Position numbers and translations under genes: made by a program. This document shows positions 1 to 10,453 of a stretch of 64,000 nucleotides of DNA, one piece after another. The notes beneath the pieces were generated by a model. It was not told where the DNA came from. It did not search any database and saw nothing but the letters and a program-made list of their open reading frames with translations. The DNA comes from Terriglobia bacterium. Lineage in GTDB: Bacteria > Acidobacteriota > Terriglobia > UBA7540. How positions within the stretch are numbered: position 1 is the first letter of the stretch; each line of letters starts with the position of its first letter. The DNA is taken from positions 14,649 to 78,648 of the forward strand of contig JBEKME010000016.1 of the NCBI GenBank assembly GCA_050008675.1, in the 5' to 3' direction.

Positions 1-346
1 CGCCACACTACGGCGTCACTGGGCATTGTGGGGTGTCTGTCGCCAAAAGTCGATTCCTTTGTGAAACCAATGGGTTGCGAGATCGCCCGGGGATGACCAC
101 AGATCCGTATATACTGTTTCCATCTCCGCCAGAAAACCAGTTAACAGTTCACAGTCAACTAATCTAACGGATTGGGACGGAACAATCGCTCTCAATTTCG
201 CAATTCGGGCTCAACCACCGGATCGAACAGGAGAGCCTCATTGCCAAGAATTTGACTCATCCACAACAAATGCCCGGTGATTACACTTCTGGAGTGCGGT
301 TACAGGGATGCAAGGTTTGGTAGATGCGAAAACCGAATAGGCGTCA

Positions 347-1468
347 CTACGCCCTGGCCGCTTGAATTCTGGGGAAATACAACCACAGGTGCCCGGAGTC
401 ATCATCTTCAGCGAAGATGATCTCGCCATCGCGACCGGTAACTGCATCGCCGAAAGCGTACCCATAACGGCGGCGTTCGAAGACGGATACCGCCACGCCG
501 AGATTGGTAATCTCGCCACCACCGGGGTCGTAGCAGAACATCTTGGCTATTCCGGGTCCGCAGAATCCAAAGACCCGGCCGTCGAAAGTGACGGCCATGG
601 GACCAACGGGGGCCAGCAGGGTCTTGCCGCGCGAGGCGCTGAAGCCGCGTTCCTCGTCGAAGGCAAACAGTTGGCCGTTAGCGTCCGCCGTGTAGAGCAA
701 ACCTCTCTGCGCCGCTCTGGCCCAGATCAGGGGTGTCTTATCCCACGCACCGTCGGGCAGCGTGAAGGCTTCGCGATGCAGGGTCTGTGTTTGCGGGTCA
801 AAGCGCCAGAGGTGGCCCGTCCCATCAGGGCCGATAATGCCGCCTTTGGAACCCACAGCGAGGCGTCCGGAGCCAGGAATCTCTGCCACCACCTGGATCT
901 TCGAGGCCTCGAAGTCCACGCTGAAGAGGTGACGCGCGGTCACGCCCACCACGCGATCTCTCGAAGCATCGGCGACAGCATGCAGGATGGGCTCGCCGGC
1001 TACACACTCTCCCAGGTCATCGAACGCCGGTCGTTCAAAGCCCCATTCCTGGATCAGGTCATAAGGCAAGGGCTGGAGCTTGCTCATGAGAATCCGGCCT
1101 CCGCCGCGCGGCCCGTTCACACATGCCAGGAGCTTGCTCCTTCCGCAGCAGACAGCAGGGCAATGCGTAGCGTCTTCCACGGCCTTCAAGTCGAAGACCA
1201 TGCCGGTAACACCGTGAAACATCCCGACGAAAATATGGGATCGCTTGCCACTGGTCCCGCCGTAGACAATCCCTTCGGGGGTTGCATCCAGAGCCGTGAT
1301 GTGGCTTTCATCCGGCAGGATGGGAATTGTCGCGCCCGGGAAACCGGTTGGGAACGCGATCATCGTTCCCTGCTTCACAAAAGTCCCGTGGATGATCTCG
1401 TCAATCTGCGCCCGGACTCCTGGGGAATTGTAATCGAATTGTTTCCTCTTCTCGTTCTCGCTCATCAT
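347..1468 (-). CDS. hypothetical protein with beta-propeller-like repeats, no signal peptide
   Basis: 373-aa ORF with recurring blade-like segments (GHLWRFDPQTQTL, GQLFAFDEE, KMFCYDPGGGEITNL, GHLWLYFP). No family recognised. Confidence 0.5.
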   Translation of the reverse strand: MMSENEKRKQFDYNSPGVRAQIDEIIHGTFVKQGTMIAFPTGFPGATIPILPDESHITALDATPEGIVYGGTSGKRSHIFVGMFHGVTGMVFDLKAVEDATHCPAVCCGRSKLLACVNGPRGGGRILMSKLQPLPYDLIQEWGFERPAFDDLGECVAGEPILHAVADASRDRVVGVTARHLFSVDFEASKIQVVAEIPGSGRLAVGSKGGIIGPDGTGHLWRFDPQTQTLHREAFTLPDGAWDKTPLIWARAAQRGLLYTADANGQLFAFDEERGFSASRGKTLLAPVGPMAVTFDGRVFGFCGPGIAKMFCYDPGGGEITNLGVAVSVFERRRYGYAFGDAVTGRDGEIIFAEDDDSGHLWLYFPRIQAARA

Positions 1469-1474
1469 GGGTCC

Positions 1475-2839
1475 TCATCCCCAAATCCGAATCGGCAGGT
1501 GAGCATTTTCCCTCTTGCGGTCCGGCGGCATCTCCACTTTGAAAATGCCCGAGGGCCGCGAACCTACGTGGCCGAAAAAGAGATCACCATGGTGGTCCAC
1601 TGCCCCGCGCGATACATACTGGGCTAAGCTTGTGGGGTGTTCGAGCCGGGTCACTTCTTCGCGCTCGAAGGTGGCCGGATTCAATCGCCAGACCACCCCT
1701 TCCCGATCCTTATGTCCAGCGGACATGGGATTATAGACAGGATCGCGCCAACGCGACGCCACGTAGTACAACTGGCCGTCGCCGGCGAAGGTCAGGCCAC
1801 CGCAATGGTCAATGAAGGTGTTCACCGATACGGTTGGGTCTCGCTTTTGGGTCGCCGGCCCCAGGTCTTCGATCCGCGGCCAGTCTCCCTCGTTGGGCCA
1901 AATGCGCATCAGCCGTGGGTTGGCGATCCACGTGACCGCGTAAACGCATTCGCGGCTGGGCGAAGCGACGACATCGTAAAAGACGCTGTGCCAGCCGGTC
2001 TGGAATTCGGGATTGTGGGGCAATAAAAAGGGTGAGGCTTCCAGGCGGTCCTTCTCGGGATCGTAGCGCACCAAATGGCCGTAGTCATTTGTGGTCCACA
2101 CGCGGTGCTTCTTGTCGAGGAAAAGCGTCTGGGAGTTGATGGAACCGAGGCGGCCCAAGTCTCTCCGTGTGCGCTGCTTGGTATCGAAAATGATGAAGTG
2201 GTCTCGAGGATAGCTGAGGGCGTAAAGCCGGCTTCGCTCCTCATCGTGAAGCAGACACCGGCAACCCTCTTTAGGAATCAGGGTCTCCCACCATTTCACC
2301 TCGTCGCTCTTGGTGTCGAAAGCCAGCAGCGCGCTGCCCCGGAAGCAACGTTTCTCGTCGTGCCACGAAAGCCAGGGGGAATAAGCCGGCTGGTCAATCG
2401 GGGGGCCTGATAGATGAGTTGCCATGTAGAGAATGCCGTCATGCATGGAGGGCGCGAAGCTGTAATGGATTTTGCATTGCGTGGCTCGGCCGGAATCGCC
2501 CGGGTCATTGACCTTTTCGTCGACCGCGAAAAGGTAGTCGAGGCCGTCTTTCTCCTCGTTGTAACGGACCACCTTGACCACACCGCCCGGCACACTCTCG
2601 GCACACGCGGCAGCATAAATACGTCCGTCTGGCCCAACGGAAAGGGACCAGCAGGTATCGGAAACTTTGTGCTCGGAGAATTCGTACCATTTCACTTTGT
2701 AGGCGCTGGGAGCCTGGCGGTTTGCGGGCCTTTCCCCCGTCGCAGCCGATTCGCCCTCGCGCGGGTAAAGCGCCACCCCCGCCGTCAGTAAGCTCGCACC
2801 ACTTCGGAAGAAGTCGCGTCGGCCAATCCCTCTCGACAT
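1475..2839 (-). CDS. Tat-exported hypothetical protein with beta-propeller-like repeats
   Basis: ORF 1475..2935. The internal ATG at 2839 gives MSRGIGRRDFFRSGASLLTAGVA, a twin-arginine signal. Blade-like segments: GHLVRYDPEKDRL, DGQLYYVAS, HGDLFFGHVG. Confidence 0.55.
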   Translation of the reverse strand: MSRGIGRRDFFRSGASLLTAGVALYPREGESAATGERPANRQAPSAYKVKWYEFSEHKVSDTCWSLSVGPDGRIYAAACAESVPGGVVKVVRYNEEKDGLDYLFAVDEKVNDPGDSGRATQCKIHYSFAPSMHDGILYMATHLSGPPIDQPAYSPWLSWHDEKRCFRGSALLAFDTKSDEVKWWETLIPKEGCRCLLHDEERSRLYALSYPRDHFIIFDTKQRTRRDLGRLGSINSQTLFLDKKHRVWTTNDYGHLVRYDPEKDRLEASPFLLPHNPEFQTGWHSVFYDVVASPSRECVYAVTWIANPRLMRIWPNEGDWPRIEDLGPATQKRDPTVSVNTFIDHCGGLTFAGDGQLYYVASRWRDPVYNPMSAGHKDREGVVWRLNPATFEREEVTRLEHPTSLAQYVSRGAVDHHGDLFFGHVGSRPSGIFKVEMPPDRKRENAHLPIRIWG

Positions 2840-3074
2840 GGATACTCTCCCAACAAGGTTGAGACTTAAGCCGGCCTGCTCGATTTTTGACTGCCGGCTA
2901 GCCCCAAATATATGCCCATTTTCCTCCGGCATCAACCTTTTTGAGTTCGCTTAGGCGAAACGTGAACCGGCCTCTTCAGTCTTTTCAATTCCCGAACGTT
3001 GACTTGCCTGTGGGCGCGGCCTATGATGGCGGTATTCGAAGTTCTGATTGCAAGCATTCCGAGGCCGTGTCGCC

Positions 3075-5786
3075 ATGATCGGTCAGACTGTTTCTCACTA
3101 TCGCATTCTGGAAAAGCTTGGGGGCGGCGGCATGGGTGTGGTGTACAAGGCCGAAGACATGTCCCTCGGCCGACCCGTTGCCCTGAAGTTCCTGCCGGAA
3201 GCAGCGGCCCGCGACCCCCAGGGATTCGAGCGCTTCAAGCGCGAGGCGCGCGCGGCGGCGGTACTCAATCACCCCAACATCTGCACGATCTACGAAATCG
3301 GCGAGCACGACGGCCAGCCCTTTATTGCGATGGAGTTGCTGGAAGGCCAAACGCTGAAGCATCGCATTGCCACCCGGCCATTCAGGACCGAGGAAACGCT
3401 GGATCTGGCGATCCAGATCGCAGATGCGCTGGATGCCGCGCACGCCAAGGGCATCGTCCACCGCGACATCAAGCCGGCGAACATCTTCGTAACCACACGG
3501 GGTCAAGCGAAGATTCTCGACTTCGGCTTGGCCAAGCTTGCGCCCCAGCCGAAGAGGGTAGCCGAGGCGGTTGGCGTTAGTACCCAGCTTACGGCGGCAG
3601 CGTCCGAGGAGGCTTTGACCAGCCCTGGCACGGCGATGGGTACAGTCGCCTACATGTCCCCGGAGCAAGCGCGCGGTGAAGAGCTGGACGCACGGACCGA
3701 TCTGTTCAGTTTTGGCGTGGTGCTCTACGAGATGGCGACGAGCCGCCAGGCTTTTTCCGGCAGTACTTCGGCAGTGATTTTTGACGCGATTCTGCACAAG
3801 GCCCCCACCGCTCCGGTGCGACTCAATCCCGAGTTGCCTCCAGAGCTGGAGCGAATCATCAACAAGTGCCTGGAGAAAGAGCGCGAGTTACGCTATCAGC
3901 ACGCTTCAGACATCCGCAGCGACCTGAAGCGGCTGAAGCGCGACACGGATTCCGGCCGCTCGGGCGTGGTGAGTGAGGTCACCTCGGCCGGCTCCATAGC
4001 ACCCGTCGGCCCCGCGGCAGGGCCTCCCTCCAGTGGCGCAATCATACTCAATGAAGCCCGACGCCACAAGGGCGTGCTGGCCTTGACGCTGCTTGGGCTG
4101 GTGCTTTTGCTGGTTGCACTGGGAATCTATCTGTTCAAGCTCAATGGGCGCAGGAGCGAATGGAATGTGCAGGCTATGAAGATCACCCGTGTCACGCAGA
4201 GTGGAAACGCCGCGAATGTGGCGATTTCCCCGGACGGGCACTATGTGGTCTACGTTCTGCGTGAGGGGGAAAAACAGAGCCTCAACGTTCGCCAGGTGGC
4301 CACCGGCAGCGACGTGCAGATTCTGCCACCGGACGAAGTCGAGTTCCGTGGTCTGACATTCTCTCCGGACGCAAACTACATTGACTTCGTCCGCTCCGAC
4401 AAGATCAACCCTGGTTACAGCTATCTCTATCAGATGCCCGTGCTCGGCGGAACGCCGCGTCAACTGATTCGCGATATCGACGCGCCCATTAGTTTCTCTC
4501 CCGATGGTACACAGTTCGCTTTTGTACGGGGAGTCTCCGCTAAGGGTGAGGTTCGTCTTCTGATTGCTAAAGCCGACGGGAGTGGCGAACGGGTGCTCGT
4601 GACACGTTCTGCCCTCCTCAGCCTGGTCGGCCCGGCCTGGTCTCCTGACGGAAGGACGGTGGCGCTTAAAACTCTTGAGACGGCGAAGGGAGTGCGCAAT
4701 GTGGTGTGGGCCGTATCTGTCGCGGATGGATCGGTCCGTGAAGTCTATTCCGCTCCGTTCGGCATTGGCCGTCCGCGTTGGCTGCCCGATGGGAGTGGTC
4801 TATTAGTGGCGATGCGAGACCCTTCCCCGCCCTATCGCGGGCAACTTTGGTACATCCCGTTTCCAAAGGGAGAGGTACGCCGCCTCACCAACGATCTGAC
4901 TGATTACCAATTCGACTGCCTTGACCTTACTCACGATGGCACAACTCTCGTCGATATCGAGATGACAACGGTCTCCGATCTGTGGGTAGCCCCAGCGGGA
5001 GATGCCGCACGAGCCAGGCAGATCACCTCGAAGGAGCCGCCTATTGGCGAGTTTTCCTGGATGCCCAACGGCAGCATCGTTTTTGACAATCAGGATGTCA
5101 ACCTCTTCGCCGTAAACCCGGATGGAAGTGGGCACACCCTGCTGACTCCCAGCGAACAGCTAAACTGGGAGCCCTCGGCCTGTGGCGATGGGCGCCATAT
5201 CGTCTTCCTCTCCTACCGGGAACAAAAGGTCGGGGTATGGCGCATGGATGCCGATGGCTCAAACCCCGTCCGCTTGGCCGACGAGACCCTTGCGTCGTAC
5301 CCGCAATGTTCTCCGGATGGCAAGTGGGTGGTTTATCAGCAGGGCGCTTGGAGGACCATGGTACAAGTGCCCATCTCGGGTGAGAAGCCTCCACAAGTAG
5401 TCACGCAGGACCGTGGTACCTCCCCCAGGATCTCTCCCGACGGCAAGCTGATCGTTTATCTCGCGCACTCCAGCGCAGCTTCTAAGCCGAATCAAATGAA
5501 GGTTATTCCTTTCGGTGGCGGTACACCCATCTACCAACTCGACTGGCCGGCGGCAGCAGGTGCTCCCCGTTGGGCGCCGGACGGCAAGGCCATTCAATAC
5601 GTTTTGACCCGAGAGGGCGTCTCCAACATCTGGCAGCAGAAACTGGCGGGTGGACCGCCGATACAGATCACGAATTTCAAGTCGGGACGGATCTTCGACT
5701 TTGACTGGTCGCGGGATGGCAAGCAACTCGCGCTTACCCGGGGCAGCGAAAACAGCGACGTCATCCTGATCAGCAACTTCCGCTGA
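3075..5786 (+). CDS. Ser/Thr protein kinase fused to a TolB-like (PD40) beta-propeller
   Basis: Gly loop [17 protein letters not shown] lysine, HRDIKPANI catalytic loop, DFGLAK, SPEQ. One TM segment ([21 protein letters not shown]). Seven or more xSPDGxxxxx repeats follow ([70 protein letters not shown]). Start moved to the ATG at 3075 ([16 protein letters not shown]). Confidence 0.85.
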   Translation: MIGQTVSHYRILEKLGGGGMGVVYKAEDMSLGRPVALKFLPEAAARDPQGFERFKREARAAAVLNHPNICTIYEIGEHDGQPFIAMELLEGQTLKHRIATRPFRTEETLDLAIQIADALDAAHAKGIVHRDIKPANIFVTTRGQAKILDFGLAKLAPQPKRVAEAVGVSTQLTAAASEEALTSPGTAMGTVAYMSPEQARGEELDARTDLFSFGVVLYEMATSRQAFSGSTSAVIFDAILHKAPTAPVRLNPELPPELERIINKCLEKERELRYQHASDIRSDLKRLKRDTDSGRSGVVSEVTSAGSIAPVGPAAGPPSSGAIILNEARRHKGVLALTLLGLVLLLVALGIYLFKLNGRRSEWNVQAMKITRVTQSGNAANVAISPDGHYVVYVLREGEKQSLNVRQVATGSDVQILPPDEVEFRGLTFSPDANYIDFVRSDKINPGYSYLYQMPVLGGTPRQLIRDIDAPISFSPDGTQFAFVRGVSAKGEVRLLIAKADGSGERVLVTRSALLSLVGPAWSPDGRTVALKTLETAKGVRNVVWAVSVADGSVREVYSAPFGIGRPRWLPDGSGLLVAMRDPSPPYRGQLWYIPFPKGEVRRLTNDLTDYQFDCLDLTHDGTTLVDIEMTTVSDLWVAPAGDAARARQITSKEPPIGEFSWMPNGSIVFDNQDVNLFAVNPDGSGHTLLTPSEQLNWEPSACGDGRHIVFLSYREQKVGVWRMDADGSNPVRLADETLASYPQCSPDGKWVVYQQGAWRTMVQVPISGEKPPQVVTQDRGTSPRISPDGKLIVYLAHSSAASKPNQMKVIPFGGGTPIYQLDWPAAAGAPRWAPDGKAIQYVLTREGVSNIWQQKLAGGPPIQITNFKSGRIFDFDWSRDGKQLALTRGSENSDVILISNFR

Positions 5787-5922
5787 CCCGCCTGCGTTCC
5801 GAGGCTCGGTCTCAACATCTGCGGCGCCCATCGCAGGTGATTTGAAGCGACTGATCTTCAGAAGATTGTTGTGCGCGTGCGGGGACGAGCATGACGGGTA
5901 ACGACGACAAGAGGAGCGAAGG

Positions 5923-6759
5923 ATGGAGTCTGGCGCACGTTCTGTGAACTACTCGACCGTGTCGGAATGGAACGACAGGAAGGTCCGGCGTCTACACGAT
6001 TCTCTGGTGGGTGAAGAGCCACTGCAAATCCGGCTTGGGAAGCGTCCCCTCAGCGTGACCATGCGAACTCCCGGGGACGACTTTGAACTAGCGGCAGGCT
6101 TCCTTTTCACTGAGGGAATCATCCATTCGGCGAAAGAGGTCGTCAGCCTCCGATATGGCAACGGATCAAAGTCCGATCAGAATGTTGTTCATGTTGAACT
6201 CAAGCACGGCATGACTGTCAATTCGATGCGGACTAAACGTAATTTCCCCGCAAACTCCAGTTGTGGATTATGTGGCAAGGCATATATTGAGGGGTGTCGC
6301 CTGCAAGGGATCAAGCGGCCCAATCCCCGCTTCCGACTTGATCCCGAAATCCTTTGTAGTTTTCCCGAAACTCTCCGGTCTGCCCAAGTCCTGTTTGACC
6401 GAACCGGAGGGCTACATGCCGCCGCGTTATTCGAAGCCTCCGGAAAGCTGATTGCTGTAAAAGAAGACGTGGGGCGGCATAACGCGGTGGATAAGCTCAT
6501 CGGTTGGGCTTTGCTACAAGGTCGCATTCCTTTAGCGGACTGTGCGTTGTTGGCGAGTGGCCGAGGGGGCTTCGAGATCATTCAAAAATCGCTGGTAGCC
6601 GGAGTTCCACTGTTGGCCTCGGTCTCCGCTGCCTCCGATCTAGCGGTCCAATTGGCTCGCGAGTGCGGACTTACACTGGTCGGCTTCCTGCGTGGCAGGC
6701 GATTCGTTTGCTACTGTGGAGAGGAACGCTTGGGGCTCACCCCTTCGCCAGAATCCTAA
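5923..6759 (+). CDS. fdhD: formate dehydrogenase accessory sulfurtransferase FdhD
   Basis: 278 aa. Cys loop SSCGLCGK and the GRHNAVDKLIG motif are typical of FdhD. Confidence 0.8.
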   Translation: MESGARSVNYSTVSEWNDRKVRRLHDSLVGEEPLQIRLGKRPLSVTMRTPGDDFELAAGFLFTEGIIHSAKEVVSLRYGNGSKSDQNVVHVELKHGMTVNSMRTKRNFPANSSCGLCGKAYIEGCRLQGIKRPNPRFRLDPEILCSFPETLRSAQVLFDRTGGLHAAALFEASGKLIAVKEDVGRHNAVDKLIGWALLQGRIPLADCALLASGRGGFEIIQKSLVAGVPLLASVSAASDLAVQLARECGLTLVGFLRGRRFVCYCGEERLGLTPSPES

Positions 6760-6890
6760 GCGAATCTTCAATATCCCCAGGGATAATGCCCTCACGACTT
6801 ATTTTAGGAAAAGAGAAGGCGCTGTCTTTCGCGCAAGAGAATTCCAAGCGTTCAGAGGCGGGAAAGGGCAAACCCGGCTAAGCCGGGTGG

Positions 6891-7388
6891 TCAGAAGCGC
6901 TTGAATGCTTTTCGTGCAATCTTCTCGGCCTCGGCATCCGCCTTCGCGCGATCGCCGGCTTCCAAGACCGACACGACAAGAGTGTCGCCGGCCCGGTACA
7001 CGCTGAGCAGCGTACCCTGGATAAGGAGGTCAACCAAGAGTGCCTTGTCCCCGAGCCCCGGCACCTCCCGAACCGTCGCAGTTGGCATGGACTCTCTGGC
7101 CTGGTCGAGCGCCTTGCTGAGATCGCGCTTGGCTGGCGTGCGGGTAACGAAAATGTTGACCTGCTCACCCTTCGGGGTTTTGAAGGCGCAGATGTCAGTG
7201 GTGCCGTCCTTCCTCGGCACCCCGTTGCCGATAGCCCTCCCGATAACTTCCTCGATTTCAGCTTTGGTGACGAGCGCGCATGCGCTGAGCGGCTTCGCGG
7301 CGGGGTGGGGCTTGGCCTGTTCGGTGGCATTAATTGTACCCCCAAGGATCAACAGCGGCATGAGTACGATAAGTGACGCCTTATGCAT
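6891..7388 (-). CDS. secreted hypothetical protein
   Basis: The internal ATG at 7388 gives the signal-like N-terminus MHKASLIVLMPLLILGGTINA. No family recognised. Confidence 0.45.
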   Translation of the reverse strand: MHKASLIVLMPLLILGGTINATEQAKPHPAAKPLSACALVTKAEIEEVIGRAIGNGVPRKDGTTDICAFKTPKGEQVNIFVTRTPAKRDLSKALDQARESMPTATVREVPGLGDKALLVDLLIQGTLLSVYRAGDTLVVSVLEAGDRAKADAEAEKIARKAFKRF

Positions 7389-7661
7389 GACTTCGATCAT
7401 CCCACGGCATAACACTCCTGTCAAAGGATTCCCCTGTAATTTCGCAGCTACAGACGCCCGTGCTACGGCCATCTTCATGCTTTCTGGTTTCTCTGTGGCA
7501 TGTACATCAAGATTCGGCGCCATAATGGCCTATGGCATGCTGGACTTCACTTCTATGTCGCGTACCCGATTGCCAGATTATCATTTACAAGATTCCAGGG
7601 TGAACGTTAGAATGTTCATTCCCGGGTCCAATCCTTGCGGGCGCGGTTTAGCAGACAGTTT

Positions 7662-8156
7662 ATGTCTGAAAGTCTAGCCATTTATCCCGGGTCTTTCGAT
7701 CCGATCACCAACGGTCATCTCGATCTCATCGAGCGGGCCCGGTGCATCTTTGGGCGTTTGATTGTGGCGGTTTTGACGAACCCCGACAAGCTCCCACTTT
7801 TCACCGTCATGGAGCGCGTGGAGATGCTTCAGGAAGCTACTTGGGGAATGCCCAACGTCTCCGTGGACACGTTTGGCGGGCTGCTGGTTGAATACGCCAA
7901 GCAAAAAGGGGCAGGGATCATCCTGCGCGGCATACGCGCATTCACAGACTACGAGTACGAACTCCAGATGGCCATCATGAACCGCAAACTCGAGCCCAGC
8001 CTTGAAACTGTTTTCCTGGTTCCCGCAGAGTCCTACACCTACGTCAGTTCACGCCTGGTCCGAGAGATTTTCCAGAACGGGGGATCATTGAAGGGCCTGG
8101 TTCCCCCTTTGGTCGAGGATCGACTTCATCAAAAGGTTTTTCAGCATAAAGTCTAA
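7662..8156 (+). CDS. coaD: phosphopantetheine adenylyltransferase
   Basis: AIYPGSFDPITNGHLDLIERA nucleotidyltransferase motif. About 165 aa counted from the ATG at 7662. Confidence 0.9.
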   Translation: MSESLAIYPGSFDPITNGHLDLIERARCIFGRLIVAVLTNPDKLPLFTVMERVEMLQEATWGMPNVSVDTFGGLLVEYAKQKGAGIILRGIRAFTDYEYELQMAIMNRKLEPSLETVFLVPAESYTYVSSRLVREIFQNGGSLKGLVPPLVEDRLHQKVFQHKV

Positions 8157-8167
8157 GGGAGGTTGAA

Positions 8168-9340
8168 GTGCAGCTTTCGGAGCGCATTTCGCGGATTTCG
8201 TTTTCGACTATCGCGACCGTCCTGCAAAAGGCGGAAAAGCTGAAGGCTAGGGATACGAAGCTGGCGGACTTTGGCGCCGGTGAGCCGGATTTCCCCACTC
8301 CCGACCACATCAAGAAAGCTGCCATTCAAGCGATTGAGGAAGATTTCACCAAGTACACTGCCACGGGCGGGATCAGAGAGCTGAGGCAAGCCCTGGTGGA
8401 GAAGCACGCGAAGGACTATGGATCGAATTACACGGTCGAGGAGTGCCTGGTGACGGTGGGAGGGAAGCAGGCCATCTTTGAGGCGATGTCCGCTGCGCTG
8501 AACGATGGCGACGAGGTGGTCTTACCTGCCCCCTACTGGGTTAGCTTCCTGGAGATCATCAAATACGCAGGTGGCAAGCCCGTCCTGCTCCAGACTCTCG
8601 AGAGCGAGAATTTCGCGGTGCACGCCGAGGCCGTCGAAAAACTGCTCACTCCGAAGACCAAGCTCGTGGTCGTTAACTCTCCGCACAACCCCACCGGCGC
8701 AGTGGTTCCCCCGGAGGAAATGGCAAAACTCCTGGCGCTGGCGGTCCGGCACAAGCTGCTTCTGATTTCCGACGAATGCTATGGCCATTTCTTGTATGAC
8801 GGCCGCAAACCTTTTTCGCTTGGTTCCTCGAAAGAGCGGGATCACTTGCTGATTGTCGACTCTTTTTCCAAGACCTATGCCATGACGGGATGGCGAGTGG
8901 GATTTGCCCTTGGTTCGAGGAGACTTCTGGCAAACATGCTGAAGCTCCAGAGCCACTCGACCTCCAACCCCACTTCCATCGCTCAGAAGGCTGCGCTGGC
9001 AGCAGTTCATGGGCCGCAGGCCCCCGTGCAAATGATGCTGGCCGAGTACCGGCGCCGCCGGGATCGTGTCATCGAAGGATTGCGATCCATACCCGGCATA
9101 CGTTGTGTTCCTCCGCAGGGCGCCTTTTACGCCTACCCGAATGTCGGGTATTACCTGGAGAAAGACGGATTGGGGGATACATCCGCGCTAGCGCAGCGGC
9201 TTTTGGAGGACGCGCACGTTGCCGTAGTGCCCGGTACCGCCTTTGGAACTCAAGAACACATCCGCATTTCATACGCAACTTCTCTTGAACATATTAATGA
9301 GGGGTTACGACGTATGGCAGCGTTCTTCTCCAAAATCTGA
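8168..9340 (+). CDS. PLP-dependent class I aminotransferase (aspartate aminotransferase-like)
   Basis: 390 aa, GTG start. FGAGEPDFPTP, NSPHNPTG and the PLP-lysine motif SFSKTYAMTGWRVGF. Confidence 0.85.
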   Translation: MQLSERISRISFSTIATVLQKAEKLKARDTKLADFGAGEPDFPTPDHIKKAAIQAIEEDFTKYTATGGIRELRQALVEKHAKDYGSNYTVEECLVTVGGKQAIFEAMSAALNDGDEVVLPAPYWVSFLEIIKYAGGKPVLLQTLESENFAVHAEAVEKLLTPKTKLVVVNSPHNPTGAVVPPEEMAKLLALAVRHKLLLISDECYGHFLYDGRKPFSLGSSKERDHLLIVDSFSKTYAMTGWRVGFALGSRRLLANMLKLQSHSTSNPTSIAQKAALAAVHGPQAPVQMMLAEYRRRRDRVIEGLRSIPGIRCVPPQGAFYAYPNVGYYLEKDGLGDTSALAQRLLEDAHVAVVPGTAFGTQEHIRISYATSLEHINEGLRRMAAFFSKI

Positions 9341-9347
9341 CTGAATT

Positions 9348-10451
9348 ATGTCCATTTTGAACACTCCTCTTCAACTTTCAACTGCCTTCAAACCAAAAAT
9401 CTGGGGCCGGGAGGATCTCTCACCCATATACTCGGCCCCGGAGGAAACTGACTCCCCGGTCTCCAGGAAAGCTGGGATCTCAGGTGGCGCGGGGAAACGT
9501 GGCGAATTGATCGGAGAAGTCTGGGCCATCGACGATACTTCCCGGTTTCTGAACGGCCCCGTGGCAGGTCTTACTCTGGGCGAGGCATCCGAAAAGTACG
9601 GGCCCGCACTCCATGGGCGGTCGTGGCATGGTACTCGTTTTCCGCTGCTCGCCAAATACATCTTCACGAGCGACTGGCTATCGGTCCAGGTTCATCCGGA
9701 CGATGAGTACGCGCGCGTTCACGACCCGGGCAATGTCGGCAAGTGCGAAATGTGGTATATCCTCCAGGCCGACACAAATGCGGAATTCCTTCTGGCTGTA
9801 AAGCCGGGGGTCACAAAGGAGGCGCTAAAAGCAGCTTTCGAACATGGAACGTCGAAGGAACTCCTCGAGCGCCATCACCCCAAGGCCGGCGAGGCCATCT
9901 TCATTCCACCCGGCACGGTACATGCGCTAGGCCCAGGGCTGGTTCTGTTCGAGGTCGAGCAAAACTCAGACCTGACCTATCGCCTGGATGATTTTGGCAG
10001 AGTCGGACTGGACGGGAAACCCCGCCCTCTCCATTTGGTGAAAGGATTGGACGTTATCCAGGAAGACTTGCTCCCTCGCTGTCACCTCCCGCGGTGGGAA
10101 TTTCAGGAGCCCTTCGGCACAAGGCGATACATTATGGCTTGCCGTTATTTCGCGGTCGAGGAGATATTCCTGCGCAAGATGGCCACCTTCCAGAGTTCAC
10201 CGCAGCGCGTGGAGGTCTATTCCGTTCTTAAAGGCGAGGGTCGCGTTGAGAACACATCGGGCTGGCTGGGCTATCGGACCGGAGAGACGTGGATAATACC
10301 CCCGGCGGCGGGAGCCTATAGGTTCGTTCCCCAACAGGAAACCTGCTTGCTGAAGTTTTATGTCCCTAACCTCATTGAGGACTTCAGGCGGCCGCTGGCG
10401 GCACGCAACGTTCCCCCCGAACACGTGGAGAAAGTTGTCTTTGATATATAA
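9348..10451 (+). CDS. manA: class I mannose-6-phosphate isomerase
   Basis: Cupin motifs SVQVHPDD and GEAIFIPPGTVHALGPG, then FEVEQNSDLTYRLDD. First gene of a three-gene mannose-activation operon. Confidence 0.75.
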   Translation: MSILNTPLQLSTAFKPKIWGREDLSPIYSAPEETDSPVSRKAGISGGAGKRGELIGEVWAIDDTSRFLNGPVAGLTLGEASEKYGPALHGRSWHGTRFPLLAKYIFTSDWLSVQVHPDDEYARVHDPGNVGKCEMWYILQADTNAEFLLAVKPGVTKEALKAAFEHGTSKELLERHHPKAGEAIFIPPGTVHALGPGLVLFEVEQNSDLTYRLDDFGRVGLDGKPRPLHLVKGLDVIQEDLLPRCHLPRWEFQEPFGTRRYIMACRYFAVEEIFLRKMATFQSSPQRVEVYSVLKGEGRVENTSGWLGYRTGETWIIPPAAGAYRFVPQQETCLLKFYVPNLIEDFRRPLAARNVPPEHVEKVVFDI

Positions 10452-10453
10452 GC

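Noticed and set aside
362-1627. 421-aa plus-strand ORF
   Set aside because: It lies antisense to the propeller-like genes 347..1468 and 1475..2839. Its composition is Arg/Ala/Gly-rich and typical of a shadow frame in high-GC DNA, and it has no motifs.
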